From Dehalococcoidia bacterium (GTDB lineage: Bacteria > Chloroflexota > Dehalococcoidia > Tepidiformales > Tepidiformaceae), in assembly GCA_050248655.1 (NCBI GenBank), contig JBFWRY010000002.1, positions 236,811-268,810 on the forward strand: 32,000 nucleotides of DNA, written 5' to 3'. Positions 17,132-24,578 of this stretch are shown here, piece after piece. The notes below the pieces were generated by a model. That model saw only the letters and a program-made list of their open reading frames with translations, did not search any database and was not told the origin of the DNA. How positions within the stretch are numbered: position 1 is the stretch's first letter; each line of letters opens with the position of its first letter. The position numbers were made by a program, and so were the translations under genes.

Positions 17132-18354
17132 CGTTCCTCCTCCGTCCCTTCATCCGGGCTTGCGTCATCGGCGTTCTGCCCTGCGTCATGGCCCCGTCGC
17201 GACCGTACTGCGATGAACGCACCCGCCCCGCCCGCGGCCGCCACGGCGACCGCCCCGAGCCCTATAAGCAGGGCGCCGTTGTCGTCGTCGCCGCTCGAAG
17301 GACCGGAACCTGGCGTGGCGGTGCTGCCTGGCGGCGCTGGCGTACGCGTTTCGGGAACGGGTGTGCGGTAGTCCACCGGCGTCGGCGTTGGCACCACCTG
17401 CGGTCGCCCGCTGGCGTAGAAAGGCGACATCGCATCCCAGAACTGCGGCATCGTGCAGCCTACACACCCGTGCCCCGAGGAAACCGGCCAGCTCGTCCCG
17501 CCGTTGAACTTCAGGGTCGAACAGTTCGCGTCCGTTGATGGCCCCTTGCAGCCCATTTCGTACAGGCACCAGCCCTTGCGGTGGCCTTCGTCCCCCCACG
17601 CCTTCACGAATTCCTTGGCTCGATAGTGGGGCAGGCTCTCGCAGGTCGCATGTACCTGGTCGCCATAGGCGAACAGCGGTCGATTGAGACTGTCTACCTC
17701 GGGCCACTTCTGCAGCGCCAGGTACTGGATCACCAGGGCCGTCAGGTTGTCCGGGTTCATCGGGCAACCCGGGAGGTTGATCAGCCGGATCGTCGGGTCG
17801 TTCAGCCACGTGCTCACGCCCACCGCGCCCGTCAGTCCACCACGAGCCGCGGGGAGGCCCCCGTCAAGGGCGCAGGTCCCGACCGCGACCGTGGCCAGCG
17901 CCCCCTTCACGATCTCCCTTGCAACCTCAGCAAACGCACGGCCGCCGATCGTGCAATACACCCCGCCGTCCGCCAGTGGGATGGCCCCCTCGATCACTGC
18001 AACATATCCGTTCGGAAACTCGCGCAGGATGTCTTCAATCGACTTCTCAGTGCGCTTTCCAGAGGGAGCCATCAACAGGTGATGGTGGTCCAACGAGAGC
18101 GTCTGCAGGATAAGTTCCGAGATCGTCGGCTGCTCCGCTCTCAGCAGCGCCTCCGAGTTTCCCGCGCAGTCCTGCCCTTCCAGCCAGATAACCGGGATGC
18201 GGGGTGAAGACTGGAGACCTCTTGCAATCTCGAAGGCGAACCGTGGCGGAAGGGCCAGGGCGGCGGCCATCGTCGCGCAGTACTTCAAGAAGCGCCGTCG
18301 CGAAACGCCGCGCTGGGCGAGTACCTCTGCGAGGTCGATCCGGCCGGCATCCAT
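17128..18354 (-). CDS. hupS: [NiFe]-hydrogenase small subunit, Tat-exported, with C-terminal membrane anchor
   Basis: Twin-arginine signal SRRRFLKYC. FeS ligands GTCA, GCP, HATC, GWCLYEMGCKGP, NCS and GHGCVGC align with Desulfovibrio-type small subunits. Pro/Thr linker followed by TM helix GALLIGLGAVAVAAAGGAGAFIAV. ATG 18354 follows GGAGGAG; the listed ORF starts at 18441. Confidence 0.93.
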   Translation of the reverse strand: MDAGRIDLAEVLAQRGVSRRRFLKYCATMAAALALPPRFAFEIARGLQSSPRIPVIWLEGQDCAGNSEALLRAEQPTISELILQTLSLDHHHLLMAPSGKRTEKSIEDILREFPNGYVAVIEGAIPLADGGVYCTIGGRAFAEVAREIVKGALATVAVGTCALDGGLPAARGGLTGAVGVSTWLNDPTIRLINLPGCPMNPDNLTALVIQYLALQKWPEVDSLNRPLFAYGDQVHATCESLPHYRAKEFVKAWGDEGHRKGWCLYEMGCKGPSTDANCSTLKFNGGTSWPVSSGHGCVGCTMPQFWDAMSPFYASGRPQVVPTPTPVDYRTPVPETRTPAPPGSTATPGSGPSSGDDDNGALLIGLGAVAVAAAGGAGAFIAVRSRRGHDAGQNADDASPDEGTEEER

Positions 18355-19013
18355 AGCGTCGACTCCTCCGCTGTCAGCTGTGGCGTTTGCAAGCACGGCG
18401 CGCCTTTCGCTGACTCTGGTCGACACTACGCCGTCAGACACGGGCCTGCACCGTCAGCTAGGCGGAAGCGTTTGGTCCGAACGGGCCAAAGTCCACGCGA
18501 TGTCCCGATCGTGGCGATCCGTTCCTGGGGTCGGCCGTCCGCAGCTGGTCTATCTGGACGCCGTGCTCCATGCCGTGCTGGGTTACGTTCTGCAGGACGC
18601 TGAGTGGCCGCCACCGGTCGCGGGGACCGGCTCGATCTCCGCATCTGTGGCCGCCAGCTGGATCGACATCGCCGCCTGCTTCTCGACCCGGGCGTGGGGT
18701 GGGCGGTCAGCGAGACGGTTGCCGGGAACAAGGTCGCCACCTGCTCCGCGTGAGCTGTTGCCAGTCGTTCCTATGAGCGTCAGCGGTCCCAAGGAAACAT
18801 GAGGGGGAATGAAAAACAAAGGCCAAGAATGAAACAACTGCTACTCAGCGATCCCGTCATCTCCTCTCATGGTCGGGCCACACCTTGGAGAGCACACGGA
18901 ATTCGTCCTGACCGCGCCCCGGCCCGTTTGGCAGGGTTGCAGCCGTTTCCAGCATCCTCGAGAGTGTCGGTGGGTTCACTCGCGCGTGCGCCAGCCGGCG
19001 CTCTGGAGTCGGA

Positions 19014-19712
19014 ATGCTGTCACGAATCTCGCCGCGGCAACTGCGCCGGCTTGCAGTTACCCTCCTCGTGCTGACGCTCGCCTACAACGTGGCAGAGGGC
19101 GCCATCGCCATCGTCGCCGGACTCCGGGCGGACAGCATCGTCCTCCTGACATTCGGCGCCGACAGCTACCTCGAAGTCCTTGCCGCCTCCGCCGTCCTCT
19201 GGCGCCTCTCTTTTCGCGACGAAGAGAGCGGGGAACGGGCCGAACGGAAGGCCATGCGCCTGATTGGCGCCAGCTTCCTGCTGCTCGCCGCAGCGGTCGC
19301 CGTCCAGGCCGCCCTTGCCTTCGCGGGGGACGGTCAGGCCGAGTCGTCCCCGCTCGGCATCGGGTTGCTTGTCGCGTCGCTCGTCCTGATGCCCCTGCTC
19401 TCCTTCGCCAAGCTCTGGACAGCTGCCCGGCTGCGCCTCCCGGTCATCGCAGCAGAAGCCCGCGAGACGATCGCCTGTTCCTACCTCAGCCTCACGGCAC
19501 TTGCTGGCCTCGCTGCCACGGCCGCGATCGGAGCGGCCTGGGTCGACCCATTCGCGGCGCTGCTGCTCATCCCGTGGCTCGTCCGCGAAGGCCTGGAGGG
19601 CGTCCGCGGTGACGCCTGCTTCGACGGGCTTGGCGTGTGCTTCTGCCGGCAGTGCCTCTGGGGCGTTCGAAACTGCCCGCCGAACGATGCTTGCGTCCCG
19701 CGTTGCTGCTGA
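19014..19712 (+). CDS. Cation-diffusion-facilitator-like membrane protein (TM domain only) with Cys-rich C-terminal tail
   Basis: N-terminal pattern LAYNVAEGAIAIVAGLRADSIVLLTFGADSYLEVLAA..LWRL is typical of short 'cation transporter' CDF-type proteins. 5-6 TM helices and no His residue. The tail CFDGLGVCFCRQCLWGVRNCPPNDACVPRCC has 8 Cys in 31 aa. GGAG lies 5 nt before the ATG. Confidence 0.6.
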   Translation: MLSRISPRQLRRLAVTLLVLTLAYNVAEGAIAIVAGLRADSIVLLTFGADSYLEVLAASAVLWRLSFRDEESGERAERKAMRLIGASFLLLAAAVAVQAALAFAGDGQAESSPLGIGLLVASLVLMPLLSFAKLWTAARLRLPVIAAEARETIACSYLSLTALAGLAATAAIGAAWVDPFAALLLIPWLVREGLEGVRGDACFDGLGVCFCRQCLWGVRNCPPNDACVPRCC

Positions 19713-19865
19713 TCCCCGGGCGGCCGCGGCACCTTGCATGGCCCCGCGGCCACAGGCACTGAACATCCGATTGCATCCGCGCCGCGCACAGAACAGTCCC
19801 GCGTCCGCCCCGGTTCGTGGCTGACTATCCCGGAAGTACGGCGCGGTTTTCGAAGATATCGAGAG

Positions 19866-19918
19866 AAGAGGGTGGTGGAGCTGGAGGGATTCGAACCCTC
19901 TACCTCAACACTGCCAGT
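19866..19918. repeat. Direct repeat copy 2 (tRNA-proximal att site); overlaps the 3' part of the intact tRNA-Ala
   Basis: Identical 53-mer to 12398-12450. Positions 19873-19918 are nt 31-76 of the tRNA. Confidence 0.9.
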
Positions 19919-19948
19919 GTTGCGCTCTCCCAAGTGAGCTACAGCCCC
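19873..19948 (-). tRNA. tRNA-Ala (anticodon GGC), CCA encoded
   Basis: Minus strand is GGGGCTGTAGCTCACTTGGGAGAGCGCAACACTGGCAGTGTTGAGGTAGAGGGTTCGAATCCCTCCAGCTCCACCA, which folds as a 76-nt cloverleaf. Anticodon loop is CTGGCAG, the G3:U70 Ala identity pair is present, and the T-loop is GGTTCGAATCC. Confidence 0.95.
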
Positions 19949-20007
19949 TCAAACCGTTAGCGATGGTACCAGCGCCCCCTGCTCAGCGGCAATGAACGCC
20001 CCGCGCC

Positions 20008-20976
20008 CTACTTCCGCGTCCGCGGGTCCAGCGCGTCCCGCAACCCGTCCCCAAGGAACGTGAAGCACAGCATCAGGATCGCCACCATAACCGCCGGCCA
20101 GATCAACTCGATCGAGTTCGTCTGGATGTTGTCCTGGCCCGACCGGATCAGCGACCCGAGGCTTGCGTCCGGCGGCGGAACACCCAGTCCGATGAAGCTC
20201 AGTGCAGCCTCCGCGAAGATCGCCAGCGGGATGCCGAACGTCGTCGCCACGATGATCGCGCTCAGTGTGTTCGGGAGCATGTGGTACCGCACCACGCGCC
20301 ACGGGCTCGCACCGGTCGCCTGCGCCGCCAGCACATAGTCCTGCTGTTTAATCTGCAACATTTGCCCGCGCACCAGTCGCGCCACCGTTACCCACGCCAC
20401 CAGCCCGATGGCAATTACGGTCACGAGGAACACGCCGCCGAAACCCGGGATCTGCGGGTTCCCCTCACCGATGATCGGCCAGCCGCGCCCAAACAGGATC
20501 TGGCGCATGAGGATGATCGCCAGCAGGTCGGGGAACGCGTACGCCAGGTCCGTGAACCACATCAACACCCCGTCGCCACGCTTGCCGCCAAGTGCCGCGC
20601 CCATGCCTACGGAGATTCCGATCACCAGCACGAACACTTGCGTGATCAACCCGAGCTTCAGCGAAAACAGCGTGCCCTGCATCAGTCGCGACCACAGGTC
20701 CCGCCCGAGCCCATCGGTGCCAAGCCAGTAATTGCCGCTCGGCGCGGCCCGGATGTTCTGGTAGTTCTGGATCGCCGGGTCATTGTTCTGGACGAACGTC
20801 CCAAGCTCGGAAAGCACGGCAAGGGCCGCAATCAGCAGCAACAGCAGGCCGCTGGCCAGCGCCAGCCGGTTCCGCGCCAACCGCTGAAACGCCTGGCCCC
20901 AGAGGCCGCGCTCTTTCGTGTGCAGGGTTTGCTTGGTGAAGTCATAGGGCTCCGCGGTTGCCTGTTTCGCTGCCAC
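20008..20976 (-). CDS. ABC transporter permease (peptide/nickel type, OppC/DppC/NikC-like)
   Basis: WLGTDGLGRDLWSRL motif and the EAA-loop region AAQATGASPWRVVRYHMLPN. GTG start follows AGGAGAGG. Confidence 0.88.
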   Translation of the reverse strand: MAAKQATAEPYDFTKQTLHTKERGLWGQAFQRLARNRLALASGLLLLLIAALAVLSELGTFVQNNDPAIQNYQNIRAAPSGNYWLGTDGLGRDLWSRLMQGTLFSLKLGLITQVFVLVIGISVGMGAALGGKRGDGVLMWFTDLAYAFPDLLAIILMRQILFGRGWPIIGEGNPQIPGFGGVFLVTVIAIGLVAWVTVARLVRGQMLQIKQQDYVLAAQATGASPWRVVRYHMLPNTLSAIIVATTFGIPLAIFAEAALSFIGLGVPPPDASLGSLIRSGQDNIQTNSIELIWPAVMVAILMLCFTFLGDGLRDALDPRTRK

Positions 20977-20991
20977 GCTGCGCTGCCTCTC

Positions 20992-21939
20992 CTACAACCG
21001 GATCCGCGGGTCAACAACCGCGTACAGCAGGTCAACCACGAGATTCATGATCGCGATTACAACCGTGAAGAACACCGTCACGCCCATGATTACTTCGTAA
21101 TCACGGATAAGCACTGACCGGACGAACAGCTGGCCAACTCCTGGAATGCCGAACGCTGTCTCAACGATGAAAGACCCGACCACCAGCCCCGCAAAGATCG
21201 GCCCCAGGATGGTCAGGACGGGGATGAGCGCGTTCTTCGCCGCGTGCCCGATGAGGACCTGTCGCTGCCGCATACCCTTCGACCATGCGGTGCGAATGTA
21301 GTCCTGTCGCAGGACCTCCAGCATCGCCGCTCGCGTAATTCGGGCGATGAATGCCATCGACAAGAAGCCAAGCGAGAGCGTCGGCAACACCACCTGTCGC
21401 CAGTTCCCGAAGTCGCCACTGAACCACTGCGTGAAGCCGTAGTCGTTCGCCAGTACCGTGAACCAGCCGAGCTCTACCGAGAAAATGATCTGCAGAATCG
21501 GCGCGAGCACGAAGCTTGGCAGCGCTGCCCCCGCCGTCGCCACGAATACGCCCGCGTAATCGCCAGCGCCGTTCTGGTTCAGCGCAGCGAGGCTCCCCAA
21601 CGCCAGCCCCACGGTCGTCGCGAAGAGGAACGTGGCAAGCCCAAGTTGGATCGAGACTTCCATGCGCTCGCTGATGATCGTCCGCACTTCGCGATCGTTC
21701 GTCAGCGAAACGCCGAGGTCGCCCTGGGCGAGGTTTGCGATGTACTTCACGTAACGGACTGCGAACGGGTCATCAAGCCCGTATTTCTTTTCAAGGTTCT
21801 TCCGGGTTGCGTCCGAAAGCGGCCGATCACTATCGAATGGGCCACCCTCGACCGCGTTCATCAGTAGGAACGTAATCGTGGCAACTGCAAGTACGAGGGG
21901 AATAATCGCGAGGACGCGCCGGAGCGTGTAGGCGAACAT
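20992..21939 (-). CDS. ABC transporter permease (peptide/nickel type, OppB/DppB/NikB-like)
   Basis: MFAYTLRRVLAIIPLVLAVATITFLLM.. is a typical OppB-type N-terminus, with EAA region DYIRTAWSKGMRQRQVLIGHAAKNAL. Internal ATG 21939 of the listed ORF. Confidence 0.88.
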   Translation of the reverse strand: MFAYTLRRVLAIIPLVLAVATITFLLMNAVEGGPFDSDRPLSDATRKNLEKKYGLDDPFAVRYVKYIANLAQGDLGVSLTNDREVRTIISERMEVSIQLGLATFLFATTVGLALGSLAALNQNGAGDYAGVFVATAGAALPSFVLAPILQIIFSVELGWFTVLANDYGFTQWFSGDFGNWRQVVLPTLSLGFLSMAFIARITRAAMLEVLRQDYIRTAWSKGMRQRQVLIGHAAKNALIPVLTILGPIFAGLVVGSFIVETAFGIPGVGQLFVRSVLIRDYEVIMGVTVFFTVVIAIMNLVVDLLYAVVDPRIRL

Positions 21940-22024
21940 GGGCGGCTCGGGTCCTGGATCTGAAATGAGGTGAGGGGGACCCGTGAGGGCCCCCCTCGAT
22001 GCTTCGGCCATGAAGACCGGGAAC

Positions 22025-23713
22025 CTACTTCTTGAGGCCCCAGTATTCAGGATTCCAGTCGCCCGGGACGAACGTGTCGCCAGGGCGCTTCCACTCCACC
22101 ATGCCCGTGATCGTGTCCTTCACGATGAACGCGGCCAGGGTGTGGTAGATCGGGGCGATGCCGCTCGCCTGCTCCAGCAGGACCTTCTCAGCGTCGCGGT
22201 AGGCCTTCCGGCGGGCTTCGTCGTTCGTATTGAACTTGGCGCCCGCAATCAGGTCGTCCAGCGCCTTGATGCTGGTCTTGGTCTTGTTGATCGAGCCGTC
22301 GGTTTCCCAGAGGCCGATGAACCAGTTCTCCGGGTCCGGATAGTCTTCCTGCCAGCCGCCGAGTACGAGCTGGAAGTCCGTGGCGTTGAAACGCGCAGAA
22401 CGCGTCTTCGAGTCCACGAACTCGAGCTTGATCTCGATCCCCAGGTGCTTCTTCCACTCAGCTTGCAGGAACTCGCCGGCCAGCTTGTTGGTCTGCGAAT
22501 CGGTCTGCAGCAGCGTGATTGAGGGGAATCCGGCGCCGTTTTCGTAGCCGGCCTTCTTCAGGTTTTCCTTCGCCTTCGTCACGTCGAACGCGAGGTACTG
22601 GTCGTATTCGCCGCCCTTCAGCGCGTTGCGCTGCGGGGGAACCCAGCTCGTGGTGGCGGTGTTCCCGTTCTGGAAGACCACCGTCATCATCGTCGCGCGG
22701 TCCGTCGCCTGCGAAAGCGCGAGTCGCACTTCCGGCTTCGACAGCGTCGCGTCCTTCATGTTGAATTCGATGCCGATCGTGCGGGTTGCCGGGTACAGGA
22801 ACAGCTGCTTGTCTTGGCCGAATTCCGTCTTCAGCTTGTCCAGCTCAGCCTTGTTCGCCAGTGTCGCCTGCACTTCGTTGGTCCGGAACGCGTTGTTCAG
22901 GACCGAATCATCGTCGACGTACTTGAGGACGATCTTGTCGAGGTTCGGCTTCTGATCGCCGGCCCAGTTCGGGTTCGGGATCAATTCCATGCTCGACTTC
23001 TCGGTGTACGCGCTCGGCATGAACGGGCCGTTGTACACGTTCTCCATCGGGCCAGGCCACGCCGCGTTCGGCGATGCAACCTTGTGGCTCGGGATCGGGA
23101 AGGTCGGCCAGAGGGCCAGCAGGATCGGGAACGTCGGCTGTGCCGCGCTCAGCTTGATCTCGACCGTCAGGTCGTCCTTTGCGGTGACGCCAAGAGCCTT
23201 CAGAAGGGTGTCCTTCTCGGCGTCCGATGCCTCTGTGGCAGCGTAGTAATCATCGCAACCGACAATCGCGGTCAGGATGTACTGGTAGTGCCCGGCATTG
23301 TCCGGATTGCACGTGCGCTGGATGCCCAGCACGAAGTCCTTCGCGGTCAGCGGCTCACCGTCCGACCACTTCAGGTCCTTCTGCAGTTTGATCGTGTACG
23401 TCTTGCCGTCTGACGAAACCGTCGGGGCCCCGTCAGCCATCGCCGCCACTGGCTTGTTGTCCAGGTCCAGCTCGTACATGCCGCGCCACACCTTGAAGTA
23501 GTGGGCGATGTCCTGGGCGAAGTCGCTGAAGTGCGGGTCCCAGGTCTCGAACTGCTTGGCGCCGATCGTGATCGTGCCACCCTTTGCTGCGGCTGCGCCG
23601 CCCCCTCCGCCCCCGCCGTCGTCATCATCGTCATCGCCACAGGCGACGGCGACGCTGAGCACAGCGAAGAGCGAAATGAGGCCGAGCAACAGCCTCCATT
23701 TCGAACTGGTCAT
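22025..23713 (-). CDS. ABC transporter substrate-binding lipoprotein, family 5 (peptide/nickel)
   Basis: Lipoprotein signal LFAVLSVAVAC followed by a DDDDDDGGGGGGG linker. The ~560-aa body has family-5 SBP character. ATG 23713 follows AAGGAGGG. Confidence 0.85.
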   Translation of the reverse strand: MTSSKWRLLLGLISLFAVLSVAVACGDDDDDDGGGGGGGAAAAKGGTITIGAKQFETWDPHFSDFAQDIAHYFKVWRGMYELDLDNKPVAAMADGAPTVSSDGKTYTIKLQKDLKWSDGEPLTAKDFVLGIQRTCNPDNAGHYQYILTAIVGCDDYYAATEASDAEKDTLLKALGVTAKDDLTVEIKLSAAQPTFPILLALWPTFPIPSHKVASPNAAWPGPMENVYNGPFMPSAYTEKSSMELIPNPNWAGDQKPNLDKIVLKYVDDDSVLNNAFRTNEVQATLANKAELDKLKTEFGQDKQLFLYPATRTIGIEFNMKDATLSKPEVRLALSQATDRATMMTVVFQNGNTATTSWVPPQRNALKGGEYDQYLAFDVTKAKENLKKAGYENGAGFPSITLLQTDSQTNKLAGEFLQAEWKKHLGIEIKLEFVDSKTRSARFNATDFQLVLGGWQEDYPDPENWFIGLWETDGSINKTKTSIKALDDLIAGAKFNTNDEARRKAYRDAEKVLLEQASGIAPIYHTLAAFIVKDTITGMVEWKRPGDTFVPGDWNPEYWGLKK

Positions 23714-23744
23714 ACGCGTTCCCTCCTTGGTTAGACCGAACGGT

Positions 23745-23774
23745 AGGTTAGGCACAACTCACCGCCAAGGTCAA
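23745..23774 (-). promoter_or_regulatory. Candidate sigma-70-type promoter for the ABC importer operon
   Basis: Minus strand reads TTGACC-18 nt-TAACCT in a locally AT-richer patch, ~30 nt upstream of the SD and start codon. Confidence 0.3.
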
Positions 23775-24039
23775 TGCAACTTAACAGAATAATGGAGTAC
23801 AGACGTCGGGTTGTGTTTGGCCCGTCACCTCCGGCCCAGCAGCGTCTCCGCCGCGCAGCTGCGCGGCCGCAAGCGGCTATCTACGGTACGAACCCGCGCG
23901 ACCCGGAGATCGCTCCAATCCTGCTCGCTTTGGTGTTCAACTGAAGTGTCGGCAGTCGCGGCAGCGCCACTCAGGTGTCACGCCGCCCCGGCCCGGTGTA
24001 GCAATGGTGACGAACACGTGTTGCAGCAGCTCTACCGCC

Positions 24040-24483
24040 TTAGCGGCAGCTTCCGCATAGCCCATACAGCTCCACGCTGTGGCCTGCCAGGTCGAACCCG
24101 CGGCGGTCCGCGTTCGCGCGGATGATGGCGTCCAGGTCCGGGTCAACGAACTCCGACACGCGTCCACACTGGCTACAGATCAGGTGATGGTGATGGTCGC
24201 CCTGCGAAAGCTCGTAGCGGATGCCGCCGTCCTCCAGCACCATCCGGCACACGAGGTCCGACTCCTGCAGCAGCTTCACCGTCCGGTAGACCGTCGCCCG
24301 CCCGACCTCCGGCAACGCCGCGGCAAGCTCTTCAATGGTGAACGGCCCCTCGATCACGGCGATGGCCCGCAGCACCTCGCGGCGCGCTCCCGTCACTCGC
24401 ACTCCCGAGTTCGCTAGCCGGCTCGTCACGGTCTCAGTCACGTTCACTACCCGATGGTAGAAATCGCCGATCAACGCTGTCAA
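24040..24483 (-). CDS. Fur-family metalloregulator (Zur/Nur/Fur type not resolvable)
   Basis: Winged-helix part GVRVTGARREVLRAI..ATVYRTVKLL, the metal sites DHHHHLICSQCGRV and a C-terminal CGSC. The start is uncertain (listed TTG 24483 or GTG 24447). Confidence 0.85.
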   Translation of the reverse strand: MTALIGDFYHRVVNVTETVTSRLANSGVRVTGARREVLRAIAVIEGPFTIEELAAALPEVGRATVYRTVKLLQESDLVCRMVLEDGGIRYELSQGDHHHHLICSQCGRVSEFVDPDLDAIIRANADRRGFDLAGHSVELYGLCGSCR

Positions 24484-24578
24484 CGAATGTTCAGCTTGAT
24501 TCCCTCCCCGCCATGCGTAGAATCCGGGTTGAGCCCGGTTTCCCCGCCGGTCCGGTCAGCACAAGGTCGGAGATTACG

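Larger units (their letters stand above)
12398..19918. mobile_element. att-flanked genomic island inserted at the tRNA-Ala 3' end, carrying a [NiFe]-hydrogenase operon; no integrase detected (decayed or cis-mobilisable element)
   Basis: Perfect 53-bp direct repeats at both ends; one repeat is part of an intact tRNA-Ala and the other is an orphan 3' fragment. The interior holds only 8 genes, none recombinase-like. Confidence 0.6.

Noticed and set aside
18380-18400. Sigma-54-like TGGCGT-N5-AGCA element near the hupS 5' end
   Set aside because: It is on the wrong strand for the hydrogenase operon, the GG-GC spacing is off by one from the consensus, and it matches poorly to TGGCAC-N5-TTGCW.
18355-19013. 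Possible integrase or excisionase remnant, or small ORFs (plus strand from ATG 18500; minus-strand MLETAATLPNGPGRGQDEFRVLSKVWPDHERR; minus-strand 18583-18837)
   Set aside because: I could see no tyrosine-recombinase motifs (R..HxxR..Y) or convincing HTH, no SD, and only intermediate third-position GC. The region is kept as an unexplained finding, not annotated as a gene or pseudogene.
18860-19013. NiCo (czcD-type) riboswitch upstream of the CDF-like gene
   Set aside because: The context is attractive, but I could not recognise the conserved junction nucleotides by eye. This needs a covariance-model search before any claim.
19722-19751. GGCCGCGG...CCGCGGCC 8-bp inverted repeat after the CDF-like gene, as a possible terminator
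   Set aside because: It has a 14-nt loop and no U-tract, so the evidence is too weak to annotate. It could equally be an arm-type site of the island end.
23595-23650. GAT/GAC and GGC/GGG-rich stretch that looks like a simple DNA repeat
   Set aside because: It is in frame within the SBP gene and encodes the DDDDDDGGGGGGG linker right after the lipobox Cys. It is a low-complexity protein tether, not a regulatory or mobile repeat.
23849-23872. Perfect 14-bp palindrome CGCGCAGCTGCGCG in the Fur/SBP spacer, plus AACACGTGTT at about 24013-24022
   Set aside because: Short GC-rich palindromes arise easily in this composition. Neither has a loop or U-tract for a terminator, and neither resembles a known Fur/Zur/Nur box. 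They are noted only as candidates inside the importer finding.
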